The position numbers and the translations under genes were made by a program. A stretch of DNA of 64,000 nucleotides from Octopus bimaculoides. Its lineage: Eukaryota. The notes below the pieces were generated by a model that saw nothing but the letters and a program-made list of their open reading frames with translations, had not been told where the DNA came from and did no database searches. The stretch spans positions 62,001 through 126,000 of the forward strand of contig NC_069001.1 in the NCBI RefSeq assembly GCF_001194135.2, in the 5' to 3' direction. Positions 28,603 to 42,800 of this stretch are shown in pieces. The first letter of the stretch is position 1. Each line of letters starts with the position of its first letter.

Positions 28603-28661
<59 letters not shown>

Positions 28662-29097
28662 TACATACACGATGTGAACCTCAGGTTGCCCCATGTGCAA
28701 TATTTTCTGTATATATACACTCATCTCCTTAGTCATTTGTAGTTGAACAACCTTAAACATAACAAACACAGACAAATATAAAACAAACATCTTGGTGTCC
28801 ACTAGACATTCTTATTTCCCATCTCGGTCTTCTATCGGTCCTGGTTGTGTTCGTGGTGTTTATCCAAGCCTCTAACAATCGTTTTTGTTTTTTTTCTTTT
28901 CCATTAACCAGTTGTGAAAGTGTGAAGGGTTTCTTTATACATAAACAACGTCAATGTATTTTACATCTTCATGCCATTTCGGGATCACTTTGTGTTTCAT
29001 GGACAATAAGAAATTATGCAGCTTTTAGGATGCATATATAGATATGGATATATATGTGTATATGTATGAAAATATCTCTGTCTCTTCTTCTCCCCAC

Positions 29098-29152
<55 letters not shown>

Positions 29153-29162
29153 NNNNNNNNNN

Positions 29163-29195
<33 letters not shown>

Positions 29196-29447
29196 CACAC
29201 ACTAGCAATTCATCCTGGCATTGCCTGGGTGTTATGACCCTCAGCTACATTGTATTATTTGGGCAGAATCTCTTATGAGCAGAATCGGCGCACGAGGAGT
29301 GTGAAGCGAACAACTCATCTTTATAAACATCTTTCTCAGTCATTTTGTGATGAACAATGCTGAAATTGTTGACACCAAAAACTGGTAGAATGTCAGCTTA
29401 GATTAGAAGGAAATCTTAATGTTGCCCCCAGAATTACCTAGACTTAC

Positions 29448-29582
29448 GGATTTTGAAGAATTGGATGACATATGAGGATGTAAAAGTATCCATAGAGCAG
29501 AAATTAAGGTACATGGAAAGAAAGCTGCTTCATTGTGAAAAGCATCATCTCTAATGTTTGGGCAGGCTGCACATTTCAACAT
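29448..29582 (-). CDS. Candidate 135-nt exon (strand ambiguous)
   Basis: Minus: tttcacttaacag|ATG..TCC|gtaagt, open frame MLKCAACPNIRDDAFHNEAAFFPCTLISALWILLHPHMSSNSSKS. Plus has a competing exon NYLDLRILKNWMTYEDVKVSIEQKLR|gtacat. Confidence 0.25.
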
Positions 29583-30214
29583 CTGTTAAGTGAAACCGTC
29601 ACACACACACACACACACACATATATACATATTTATACATATATGCACACATATATTGATATAATTATAGATTTATCAAATATGTAGACTTATAATTACA
29701 ATTCTATATCAATCTACCAATGTGTCTACCTATGTATATTTCTATCTTTCACTTTCTCTCTCTATATATATACACACACACACACATGTATATATATATA
29801 TATATATATATACAGTATATGTACACATACATACAAGATATATACACGTATCTATAATATACATATATTTGTTGATATATGTATGTGTGTATGTGGATAT
29901 CTAAACACACTTTAAGAAAGAAGAAAAGAAAGTAGATCAATTAAGACAAATTGCTTTATTGGACACAAATATAGACAAGTACAGGAAGGAAGCCAGCCCC
30001 TCCCCCTCCCACTTCCGGGAAGATTCTACTCCTTCATTGGGTGGGTTTGGTAGAGGAGTGGTGATAGGGGAGTAATAAAAATAAAAGTACAAAACAATAT
30101 TTATAGACTAAAATACTATGCAAACTTAATGACTGAAAGCAAATGACTTAGAAAGAAAGAAAAAGAAAGAAAGGAAGGAAGGAAGGAAGTGAAATAATTC
30201 AGGAATGATAGAAC

Positions 30215-30400
30215 AATGTTAGGATGACAATTATTTGTGTCGTATTTGGTGCACTTGGCCCACCAGGCAAATTGCTAGTCAAGAAGCTGAAAGATGCTGC
30301 AACTGAGACCCACACTGATGATCCTGTATTCTGCAAGAATTCTAAAAGAAAGCTATTTGAGATTTGGGGTGACTTGTAGTCCCTAAACCTCAAGAGAATC
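30215..30400 (+). mobile_element. Probable R4/Dong-type LINE extreme 3' end, degenerate
   Basis: IICVVFGALG..KKLK..SARILK-like stretch followed by ggggtgacttgtag, resembling the ORF end and 3' UTR of RLE-clade elements. Confidence 0.4.
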
Positions 30401-30573
30401 TCCCTATAAAACAATATGCAAACCTAATGGTACACTCGGAGTGTATTCAGAGCTTCTTACTCAATCATTCCAATGACCACAAAAATGACTGTTGAGAATG
30501 AATGTTATATCTCTTTAATATTCATATAAACATTTGAACATCCTTTATTCTCTCTCTCCTCCCCCTCTCTTTG

Positions 30574-30628
<55 letters not shown>

Positions 30629-32389
30629 CACCTCTCTTTCATTCTCTCTCTCTGTTTCTGCTTCCAGCTGTTTAAAAAAACAAACATTGCTGCCAGAGGC
30701 TTCAGATGAACCATTCACCACCTTCACCACAAATATTTCCAACTCCAGCAGCACCACCACCACCATAACTACCTTCACTCTCACCACCACCACCACCACC
30801 ACATCTTCGACCGCAATTCCCCCCCTCCCCTGTAGCCCCACCACCACCACCACAGCCACTACCAGTAATGCCACCTGGTGTGCTATGTAACCAATTTTAC
30901 CTTATAAATGTCAACAAGATATAAACATGAATTAGACTCACGCTGGTTGTAGGTATTAGGGTTTATTGGGGCTGAAGGGTAGCATAGGTGGGGGTAGTAG
31001 TGGTTGTGGTGGTTGTACTGTTCAAACTTCCCTTCCCACTTAACATCTAAATTAAGTTTCGGAAATTAATTATTAATTTGTTTAAATTATCTCCCCTTTT
31101 CTTTGACAATATTTGATCACTATCACTAGCCCCACCACCACCATTATCATCACCACTGTTAGCCATCACTACCACCACTACCAACAACTACAACCACCAC
31201 CACCATGACTAACAAATGCTGTAAGGTTTTTCTGTTTCTTTCTAATTAAGAATACTTTTAATAAAATATTCAGTACTCCCCACCTTAACTTAATTATTCA
31301 AATCTCTATAATTGGCCTATTTGAGTTATTTCCCCTTAGCTCACTTCATTAGCAATTTGTATTGTAATTTTTTCATGGCCGTTTAGTCCTGGGTAAGTCT
31401 TCATTGAGCAAATCATTTCTTTTTTTATCATTTTTTAAGATGCTGGGGTTGGTATTTCTTGCAGATTTAACAAAGCATGTCATGTCCAGCTCCTTAGTTC
31501 CTATGAGGTTTGGGCAGCAGTAGTGATGGATGTAGAGGTTGTGGTAGTGGCCATGGTGATGATGACGGTGATGGTAGTGTCGATGGTTGTGACAAAGTTG
31601 GTGATGGTAGAGGTGGCAGAAGTAGTGGTGGTGGTCATCATGGTTGCCATTGTTACAGCAGCAGAGTGGCATTGATGGTATAAACCGTGGGTGACGTTTG
31701 AGGTGGAGGTTGTAATGGCAGGAGGGAGTGGGTAGGGGGTGAAGGCTTTGGCTATGGTTGTGAGGATGATGGAGAGAAGGATGACCCACCCACATCATTC
31801 TCTGCCATGGAAGGATCAAGACTATACCAAGAACCAACTCCCCCACCCTAACCACCCTCCCAATCCATCATTCCTCCTTCCACCTCACCTCACCACCCTC
31901 CATCCACCCTGTAGAGAAGGAAATAAGCCACTAATAAACACATGCTGTTGGCACAAACTGATGCTGAAACGCATGACAAATCCTAAACTTCCCCAGTGAT
32001 AATTACCACCACCACCACCACCACCACCACCACTACTACTACCATAACTACTGCCACGACTGCAACAACAACAACAGCAACTTAAGTAGTTTCAGTGACA
32101 AGAAAAACCATTGAGAGCTGCTGTTCCCAACACATACATACGCATGTATGATACACAGATTTATGTAATACATATCTGTTTCAAATGTTGGCACAAGGCC
32201 AGCAACTTCAAGGAAGGGGCTAAATCAATTACATTGGCCCCAAATAGTCTTGATTGGTACTTAATTTATCAACCCCAAAAAGATGGAAGGCAAAGTAGAC
32301 CTCAGCAGAATTTGACAAAATGTAGCTAAGTATTTTGGTGAGTCAACATTGCCTTTCGTCCTTTCAGGGTTGACAGAATAAGGACCAGT

Positions 32390-32590
32390 TGCATGATCTG
32401 CTAGAAATAACAACCAAATTTCTCTCAAATCACACCTTTTTGTTTGAAAAAATGATACATTGAATAGTGTCGTCTGGGGTACACTATATTTAAACAAAAA
32501 ACATAAGCTGGAAGGATCATATCTGAGATGCTTTCTGGGGCCTAAGTCTACTCAACCAGGGCTAATCTTACATTAAACAAAAACAATAAC
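32390..32590. repeat. Dispersed repeat family D (ctagaaatagcagccaaatctccctcaaat core)
   Basis: Core seen at ~7550-7600, ~27690-27800, 32390-32590 and ~41010-41060, and reversed at ~8655-8845 and ~47310-47345. Confidence 0.6.
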
Positions 32591-33165
32591 AACAACAAAA
32601 ATGAAATACTGAAATTTGCAGAGAGGCAGTGGGATGGATGAAATAGACATAGTTGGTGTGAGAATCAGAAGAGGTTTGATGTTTTGGGCTGCAGGTTCTT
32701 TATCGAGGAAGAGACAGGAGATAAACTGTGGCCAACATAAACTTCCATTGCTTGTTTTGGATTCTGGATCATCCCATCTTGAAAATTTGTTTCTTTTCAG
32801 ATCCTTGATATCCAGGGTAGCTAATAAAGATAGACAGCTGAGTAGGTAAATAAGTAAAGCTGAATGTAAGNNNNNNNNNNGTGGAGGTTGGCATGAAGTT
32901 AGGTAACTAGCTCAATCTCTCCTCTCTCTATTCTCTCACACTTATCTACATATACATACTGACCAGTAAATAAGACTCACAAATAGGTAAGTAGTTCTTT
33001 ATCTCTCTCTCTCTCTTTCACCTCACTTTCTGTTTCCTCTCTCTATGTCTCCTCTGTTTCTCTCACCCTTTCTCTCTCTCTCTATGACTTTCTCCTCACT
33101 ATCTCCGTCTCCATTCCCCCCTCTCTCTATTTCTTCCTTTTTTCTTTCTATCACTCCTCAACTAC

Positions 33166-33294
33166 TTGAAAAGTTCCAAGACTTGACAAACCACAACCAA
33201 TCTCTGAAGATTCTCTTTCGACCATTTGCCAAACATGCGAGGGATTTCCTTGTCTTGGAATGATGACATGTTCCAAATCCTGAGGATTTCCTGT
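33166..33294 (-). CDS. Candidate exon of an unidentified gene
   Basis: Acceptor ttattgctttag, open frame QEILRIWNMSSFQDKEIPRMFGKWSKENLQRLVVVCQVLELF with globular-protein composition; the donor gtagtt is weak. Confidence 0.3.
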
Positions 33295-34059
33295 CTAAAG
33301 CAATAAATAATTGGAACAGGAAATAAATAAATGGTTTCAGACAAAGAATTGTCTTGTAGCAGACAGACAGACAGACAGACAGGCAAGCATGCAGACAGAA
33401 AGACGGACAAAGAGAGAAATAAAGATTAAAGTCGAATGACTATCTGATGGATAGACAGACAGATAGAAAGACAAGACAGACAGGTAGATAAACAGACACA
33501 CAGTCAGGCAAGCAGATAGACAGAAAGACTAACAAAGAGAAACTGACAAACAGAGAGACACACAGAAAGCTAGATAGACAGTCAGACAGGCAAAAAGAAA
33601 AAAAACTTAGAGAAATGGATAAATGGCCAAATAGGCAGATTGACAAAGAAATGGAAAAATGGACAAAAAGGAAGGTTTTGTCTTTTGTTTTTGCTGATGA
33701 CACAGGGGGTGGGTGTGATTTGAAGAATATTACTGGCCCAAAACCGGAGGAGTTGATAAGGTTTAATGGAAGTAACAAAGCAAAGACACAAACACACACA
33801 AACAGATATATATATATATATATACTATTTTTTTGCCAGCAAAAGTTACAAAGTTAATCAAGGGCTTAGAGTTTTGTGTATGTAAAGCAGCCATGCATGA
33901 AACTCTCAGCCCTTGAGTCACTTTGTAAAATTTGCTGAAGAGAAACAATGAAGTTTATATCCTCAGGTATTCAGTTCTATTTATCCTGCTTGTTCTCCCA
34001 AATCTATACACACACACACACACACACACGTTGTATGTATATCTATCTGTCTATCTATG

Positions 34060-34350
34060 GTTCTGGTTTCAGTGTCACTGTGTGGCACCTTGGGCAAGTG
34101 TCTTCTACTACAGCCTTGTGAGTGGATTTGGTAAACGGAAATTGGAAGAAGCCCATGTATGTATATGTTTGTGTGTCTGTGTTTGCCCACGCACACACAT
34201 AACTTGACAACCGATGCTGTTGTCTGTCCCCGGCAAAAGAGACCAATAGAATAAGTAGTAGGCTTACAAAAAATAAGTCGTGGGGTTGATTTGGTCAACT
34301 AAAGGCGGTGCTTCAGCATGGCCGCAGTCAAATGACTGAAACAAATAAAA
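34060..34350 (+). mobile_element. tRNA-derived SINE, family B, with full 3' tail
   Basis: Body plus tail ggcaaaagagaccaatagaataagta..aaaggcggtgcttcagcatggccgcagtcaaatgactgaaac. Confidence 0.8.
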
Positions 34351-34551
34351 ATAAAAGAATACGTATAGTAGTTAGAGTTAGTGAGGGCATCCAGCTATAG
34401 AAACTGTGCTGAAGCTGACACTGGATCTCAGTGCATTCTTGGCATCCGACTGATACTCTCCAATTGTCCCACCAATTCCAGCATGGAGCACAGGCTTATG
34501 ATGATGATGATGATAATAAAGAAACATATATATATATATATATATACACAT

Positions 34552-34588
<37 letters not shown>

Positions 34589-35144
34589 CGTATGCATGTA
34601 TATATATATATATATATATAGACACAAGTTGAAGGATAGATGAGTGAATGTTGAATCTAAATTATTGTAAAAAAAAAGAATAATAATGAACCCCCAAGAG
34701 GGATTTGACAGAAGTGAGTTTATATTAAATATATGATTTATGGGATTAAAATAAAGGCCGTGTTGATGTATTTACTTGAAAAACACTAAATGCTGTTGTG
34801 TGAGGAAGAAGTTTTAGTTTTGATGGATTTCTAAGTATTATTCTAACGAGCTATGAAATTATACAACAGAGGTAATTATAGATGAAAATATATGGTTGTG
34901 TGTCGTGTGTGTGAGGGGTGGGAAGGGTTTCTAATGAATGGTGCTGAACATAGATAAATGGACTTATGATTGCTGAAGTGACATTAGATTATTAGTGTAT
35001 ATATATATATATATATACACACATATATACATATATACACACACACATATATACATATATACACACACACATATATATATATATATATACATATACATAC
35101 ATATGCATATATATATATATATATATACGTATATATATATATAC

Positions 35145-35231
<87 letters not shown>

Positions 35232-35984
35232 AAAGGTTGAAGAACACATGAGTAGATATATATATATGGAAAAAAGACAAGGTAGAAAATGGTAAAATAC
35301 TTTTATAAAAAACATTTCAGTACCGGTTTCGATCCTTGAGAATTTTTCAACTGTAAATATGGATAACAAATTTTGGGAAAATTAAATTAGGACACCTGCA
35401 AATTAAATGAAGGACACCTGCATTAAGGGACACCGTCCAACCCATGCAGGCATGCAAAACATGGACATAAAAACAATGATGATGATGATGATCACACACA
35501 CACATATTAAATCATGCTAATATATATATATATATATGCTTACATATATGTATGTATATTCATGCAGTATTAGTTTCACGATACCAAGAGATATCTGTGG
35601 TTACATCTCATTATGTTATCAGTCCTGTTCCATTAGAAATGTCTAAATCTGATAACAGTAACTGATTCCTGTGGAGGTGGTGGTGGTGGTGGTGGTGGTG
35701 GTGATGATGGTGGGAATGGTAGTGGAGTAGTGGTGATGGTGATGCAGATGAAAATTTTTAAAAAATCTTAGTTTCCTTGTTGCTTGAATGTTTTTTCTTC
35801 AACAAGGTCTCCCTGTACAATTTTTGCATCCATTCTTCCAAGAATGGGGTGTTTTTGACTATGATGTACAAGTTGGTAGGAATATGCTAAGATCTACCAC
35901 CTACATTACTTTTGGAAATGGAAGAAATATACATACATACGCATATATACACATAAACGCACATTCACAAACACATCATCACCA

Positions 35985-36350
35985 TCATCATTTAACAATC
36001 ATTTTCCATGCTGGCATGGGTTGGACAGTTTAACTGAAAACTGGTAAGCCAGGGAGCTGCACCAGGTTCCAATCTGATCTGGCAAGGTTTCTACAGCTGG
36101 ATGCCCTTCCTTACACCAACCACCCCGAGAGTGTAGTGAGGTGTTTTTTTACATGCCACTGGCATGGGTGACAATGAGCTGACACCGGCATCAGCCACAA
36201 CTACAAGTCTCACTTGGCTTGACAGGTCTATCGCCAAAGGTCTCACTCACCTGTCACTGCTTCCATGAGGCCTAACGCTCAACCAGTGCTATTTATGTCC
36301 CACCAGCATGGCAAATGCCAGTCAGACAGCACTGGCATTGGCCATGACGA
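35985..36350 (-). mobile_element. RTE-tail repeat, family A
   Basis: Same core; minus strand includes LGLMEAVTG..DLWR-like RTE end. Confidence 0.8.
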
Positions 36351-36484
36351 TGATCTCACATATATTCATACCCATTTACATTCACATACATACACTTACA
36401 CATTCATACACATACATGGACATTCCTGTCCTCAAATATACTCCCTACCCAACATACATTCATACGTGTCTCATAGATATGCAC

Positions 36485-36830
36485 AGGTATGGCTGTGTGG
36501 AAGAAGTTTGCTTCCCAACCACACGGTTCCAGGTTCAGTCCCACTGCAAGGTAGCTTTTATTATAGCTGTGGATCAACCAAAGATTTGTGAAAGAATTTG
36601 GGAGATGGAAACTGAAAGAAGCCCATCATATATATGTGTGTGTGTGTGTCTTTGTCTCTGTGTTGGTGTGTTTACGTCCCCATAACTTAGCAATTTGGCA
36701 AAAGAGACTGATAGATTAAGTACCAGGATGTAAAAGAAATAAGTATTGGGGCGGTTTCATTCGACCAAAATTCTTCAAGGTGGTGCCCCAGCATGACCAC
36801 AGTCTAATGACTGAAACAAGGAAAGGATAA
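36485..36830 (+). mobile_element. tRNA-derived SINE, family B
   Basis: gtatggctgtgtggaagaagtttgcttcccaaccacacggttccaggttcagtcccactg..tail atgactgaaacaag. Reverse-oriented copies near 24845-25000, 28445-28590, 41110-41295, 53225-53425, 58590-58830, 61065-61200 and 63365-63495; a variant head at 9805-10015. Confidence 0.85.
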
Positions 36831-38254
36831 AAGATATACACATCCATACAAAACACACAATTACGCATTCACACATTTACACAGACACACACACACACAT
36901 ATATATACATTGTGGTAGACACACAAATGCACCTAAACACTCACACACACACATAGACATATAAACCTACACTTGAATGCACACATGCATTTACTGAAGC
37001 TCATACATACACACTCACAAACATATATACACCCAAACACATGCATGTATGCATTCACACACATACATTTATATGTACATACACATATGTATATAGTATA
37101 TACTGATGCATAGACAAACATATGCATATACTCACAGAAACATACACAGAAACACACACACATACACATGTACACAATTTCTCACATGCACACACATCTA
37201 CACATACAAACAATTNNNNNNNNNNNNNNNNNNNNNNNNNNNNNNNNNNNNNNNNNNNNNNNNNNNNNNNNNNNNNNNNNNNNNNNNNNNNNNNNNNNNN
37301 NNNNNNNNNNNNNNNNNNNNNNNNNNNNNNNNNNNNNNNNNNNNNNNNNNNNNNNNNNNNNNNNNNNNNNNNNNNNNNNNNNNNNNNNNNNNNNNNNNNN
37401 NNNNNNNNNNNNNNNNNNNNNNNNNNNNNNNNNNNNNNNNNNNNNNNNNNNNNNNNNNNNNNNNNNNNNNNNNNNNNNNNNNNNNNNNNNNNNNNNNNNN
37501 NNNNNNNNNNNNNNNNNNNNNNNNNNNNNNNNNNNNNNNNNNNNNNNNNNNNNNNNNNNNNNNNNNNNNNNNNNNNNNNNNNNNNNNNNNNNNNNNNNNN
37601 NNNNNNNNNNNNNNNNNNNAATGTATTATCTATTGTATGAAAACTAATGCATTTTTGCATCGCATTCATTTAGCGTGTGTTGCACTTATGTCAAGTTGTG
37701 TCCTGCAAAAACATGGTGGTGGTAGGTAATTGTGGTGGTGGTGGTGGTAGGTAATTGTGGTGGTGATAGTGTTGGTAATGGTAATGGAGGTGGTAGTGGT
37801 GGTGATGGTTGTCATGGTGTTGTTGTTGGTGGTGTGAAGGTAAAGACGACAATCGTTTCAGGGATGAGGCAAGGTTGGTCATGAAGAAGATTCATTTGTA
37901 GCCTTAGAGAAATCTAGATTGTTCTGGATTTTGTTTTGTTATTTTGTTTTTTGCTCTGTCATTTTTTTGAAACACTTTCTTTTCATCCTACTTTTGTGAA
38001 TATTTTTAATATATTTCGCATGCTAGGTTGTTATATGGTAGTTGTTTTTATTTTTCTTCTTTATCTTTCAAATGTCTTCTTTCCATTTCTTGCCGAGTGT
38101 CTTCCTGACACCTAGGGCAAAGAAACTCACTGTATACATTGGGAGACCATTAAAATAAACACACCAGATTGTTCATTTACAAAGTCAAGTTATGTGATAG
38201 AAAAAAAGAAAGAAAAACAAAAGAAAACAAAGAAAATAAAGGGGGGAAAGAAAA

Positions 38255-38600
38255 TTCTCAGCAACGATGCTCTTCTCAAGACGTGTGACATATCAGCTAA
38301 AACAATCTTTTGCATTTCTTGCATGGATGGTAAACTAGGGATCATCCTCAAATAATTTTCAGTTCCCTTTTTTGACCATTCCAAGTGCTCCTACAATCAT
38401 TGGTATTGGAACCATCTTGAGATGCCACATTTTTTCAATTTCAATCAGCAGATCTTTATATTTTCTTTTACTGAGATAAACATTCTCATTTTTATATATC
38501 ATCCTCATAGATTAAACCATGCTTAATGTGCATTCAATTTTGGATTATCTTGGATTTGCAGAATCCCAAATAGCATTCAATATACTCCCATTGATATCTC
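38255..38600 (-). mobile_element. R4/Dong-type non-LTR retrotransposon, RLE-domain 3' fragment
   Basis: Minus translation with frameshifts: LNAIWDSANPR..KYKDLLIEIEKMWHLKMVPIPMIVGALGMVKKGTENYLRMIPSLPSMQEMQKIVLADMSHVLRR. Confidence 0.7.
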
Positions 38601-39206
38601 CTGACGGACTGAAGGGATTGTTTCTCTATTGATTTGTGTCAAATTGGGTATCATATGTGCTGTGCTTCACCTTGATCTGCCACCTGTTAATCAATACACA
38701 CACACACATGTATTTGCATTTACATGTCGTCGTCATCATCATCATCAACTTCCACTTTTCCATGCTCTCATGGGTTGGCCAGAATTTGTTGTCATAAACT
38801 TCCTATCCCTAGATGCCCCTGCTGTTGCCAACCCTTACCTGTTTCCAGGCAAGGTAATATCCCCCCCCCCCCACTACCATGACCAGACATGTTTTTGCCG
38901 AAGATTAGAAATGAAGGACATCACTTTTATATAGAGGTACAAGAAATATGTGCTTGTGTGTGTGTGTGTGTGTGTGTGTGCCTATGTGTGTATGTGCGGG
39001 TGAGTAGATATACATATATAAATATATATTTTCTTATATATATATACATATATATATACACATACTTACACACACACACAGTCAAATTTCACAGAATTCC
39101 TCAGTTTCAAATATCACAATAACCTCAAAACCAATTCTCCAACTCCACTTTCTTTCTTTCTTTTCTCCTTTTGCCTGTCTTCCATTTCTTGATATTTCTT
39201 CTTCAG

Positions 39207-39366
39207 TGGCAAGACCTCTCCAAGGAGAGGAGAACACATCTTGCCACTTTGTCTAATGATTGTAAAATTTCTTTAGAGTGTTGTAGACATTGTCTTGTAC
39301 AAGACGATGGAATTGATGGGGCAAAGACCACTTCAGAAAAAGCCATACACGAACATAATCATACAT
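39207..39366 (+). CDS. Candidate exon of an unidentified gene (strand uncertain)
   Basis: Long polypyrimidine tract + cag, donor CAT|gtaagc, single open frame WQDLSKERRTHLATLSNDCKISLECCRHCLVQDDGIDGAKTTSEKAIHEHNHT; the antisense strand also has an open stretch. Confidence 0.3.
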
Positions 39367-39412
39367 GTAAGCTTACATGCGTGTGTGTGTATGCATGTGC
39401 ATAAATAAATAC

Positions 39413-39447
<35 letters not shown>

Positions 39448-40376
39448 GATGGATGTCTTGTTGACTGGATGTAATTGTATATATTATGAGGGAGAGGGGA
39501 GATGTATGTTGTGTATGTGGATATATATATATATCAGTATACAAATATATTTGTATATATACATTGAAATACATGTGCATCTTCATTGTTCAAATGTCAT
39601 GAATCTATGAATCACATGAGTGAAATTGAGACCACCACACACTTACACACACATCTGTACAGTTATGCTCTCACTACCTGCACCACACACACACACACAC
39701 ACACACTCAAATTAATGAATATATGCTTGCAAACTAGCATTTATATACAAATACAATTCATCTGTCTATTTGTTGATCGATACCATTCTATCTTAAATTT
39801 ATTTGTCCCTCTCTCAATGTCTTTCTTTTTATCTCTCTTATGTATGTATGTCTGTAGGTATCTATCTATCTATCAGCACATCTGTATGCCAGTCTGTCTG
39901 TCTATCTGTGTAGCTACGTATCAATCTATCTATTTATCTATCTACCAGTTTATCTATGTATTTATCCATTTATCTGTCCACTTGTCTGTGTGTTTGTCTT
40001 CACATTTTATACAAAGGGCAGAAATAAAACTCGATACATAAAGCATAAAACTAATCTTAATATATTTACAAATGAGAAGCTACATCAGTGGTTCAAAGTC
40101 TTCAAGTTTCATGGTTAAACATTTGTCAAATATTTTCAGATGAAATTCAAGATCTTTGAATGACTAATGTAACTTCTCAGCTACAAATTTACCTGTACAC
40201 ACACACACGTGTGTGTGTTTATGTACATACATACATATATATATGCACACACACATATATTTATAAGTATATATTCATACATGTATACATATATATATGT
40301 ATATATACACACACATATAGCTCAAATGTACAGAAAACAAAAAGACAAGTGAGGGAACAACAATCAAGTTTATTAG

Positions 40377-40421
<45 letters not shown>

Positions 40422-41310
40422 TCACACACACATATGTATTTCTGTACTTAGCAGTCTATCCATTTATCATTGTATTTATCTCTCTATGCATCTATCTACC
40501 TATCCATCTGTATGTGTGTGTGTGTGTGTGTATGTGCATGTGCACGTGTATATTTCCATACACACACTCACTCACCTATTTCCTATCCATCTCTATACAC
40601 AGGGAACGATGATATTAAAAGCTAATGCAGGCTATCATTAAATTCCCCAGCTTCACTTCTCAAACATTAATCTGAATATACTACATTTATAACCTTTTAT
40701 TTTAGAGAGCTCCACTAGTGCTGTGATGAATGCACCTGTCAAGATCATTTGAAAAGCATGCCTCTCAAACTTGTCTCTTTCTTTGCACACTGACACTACA
40801 ACCACCACCACCACTACAATAACCACCATCACCACCACCCAAACAACCACAAAACTCACATCTGCCCACCCACAAAACTCTCTCTCTCTCTCTCTTCTTA
40901 TATATTCTGTTTATGAAAATTATCACCACCACCACCAACAACATACATTACTATCAACAACAACATCACCAACACTACCATCTTGAGACAATGGAAGAGC
41001 TTCTATGTGGACATGCAATTCACTAGAAATAGCAACCCAAATCCTTCAAATTGCAAGGTATCCACTTAAAAGCAGGAAGGATATTACTGGACAATAAACT
41101 CTTTATGTTTTGTTTTTTATGTGTTACTTGTTTCAGCCACTGGTGTGTGACCATGCTGGGGCACTGCCTTGAAGGGTTTTTGTGAAACAAATCACCTGAC
41201 ACTTATTCTATTGGACTCTTTTGTCAAACCACTAAGTTATGTGAACATAAACAAACCGATACTGGTTGTCAAGCATTGGTGAGGAACAAACACAAATACA
41301 ATGACACACA

Positions 41311-41362
<52 letters not shown>

Positions 41363-42760
41363 NNNNNNNNNNNNNNNNNNNNNNNNNNNNNNNNNNNNNN
41401 NNNNNNNNNNNNNNNNNNNNNNNNNNNNNNNNNNNNNNNNNNNNNNNNNNNNNNNNNNNNNNNNNNNNNNNNNNNNNNNNNNNNNNNNNNNNNNNNNNNN
41501 NNNNNNNNNNNNNNNNNNNNNNNNNNNNNNNNNNNNNNNNNNNNNNNNNNNNNNNNNNNNNNNNNNNNNNNNNNNNNNNNNNNNNNNNNNNNNNNNNNNN
41601 NNNNNNNNNNNNNNNNNNNNNNNNNNNNNNNNNNNNNNNNNNNNNNNNNNNNNNNNNNNNNNNNNNNNNNNNNNNNNNNNNNNNNNNNNNNNNNNNNNNN
41701 NNNNNNNNNNNNNNNNNNNNNNNNNNNNNNNNNNNNNNNNNNNNNNNNNNNNNNNNNNNNNNNNNNNNNNNNNNNNNNNNNNNNNNNNNNNNNNNNNNNN
41801 NNNNNNNNNNNNNNNNNNNNNNNNNNNNNNNNNNNNNNNNNNNNNNNNNNNNNNNNNNNNNNNNNNNNNNNNNNNNNNNNNNNNNNNNNNNNNNNNNNNN
41901 NNNNNNNNNNNNNNNNNNNNNNNNNNNNNNNNNNNNNNNNNNNNNNNNNNNNNGTGGGTGACTGCAGGGGGGGGGTGCTGAGGATGTTGGGGAACATTTG
42001 TTTTATTTCTGTGGTTTTTGAGGTGGTGGGGGAGGCGCTTTTTCTTTTTAATGTTAATCTATTGTTAATTGAGATTTTTTTTTTTCACCACCCTTCATCA
42101 CCACCGACACAGACTAAAAACCATCATTACTAATGTTACCACGACCACCACCACTACTACTACCACTGCCAATACCACCTCATCACCATGGGTTACCACA
42201 ATCAACATTAATATCAGCATCATTAGAAGCACATTCACCACTGCACTACAACAGTGACCACCACCACCACTGCAATAAAGTCTGTGGTCATTATTATTAT
42301 TATTATCGCTCAGTATCAAGAAATTATGAATCTCCTTTTTAAGGACAGCCTCAGTAGTGATGTTGATGGTGGTGGTGGTGGTGGTGGTGGTGGTGAGGTA
42401 CATTATGACTTTTGGCTGGCATCGGCTGTATTTGATCCCGTTCCCCTGTTGGTCAGAGAGTTTATCCTGGGCCAGATGTTCACCAGACTCTCATTAAGTT
42501 GTATCAACAGAGTGGGATGGGTGGGGGAGACGGAGAGAGGGAGGTTAATGGGAGAGAGGCAGAGAGATGGATAGAGACAGAGAAACAATGAGTGATAGAC
42601 AGAGAAATAAGGGTGATGAGAGGGAGTTGGAGAGATGTGGTCACATGACCTGACTGAGTGAGAAGTACTGAAAGAAGGAAAGAGTGAGAGAGGCAGGAAA
42701 ACACAGGCAGACAGACCAATAGGCATAATGACCAAGATAGACAGACACACAGACAGAGAA

Positions 42761-42800
<40 letters not shown>

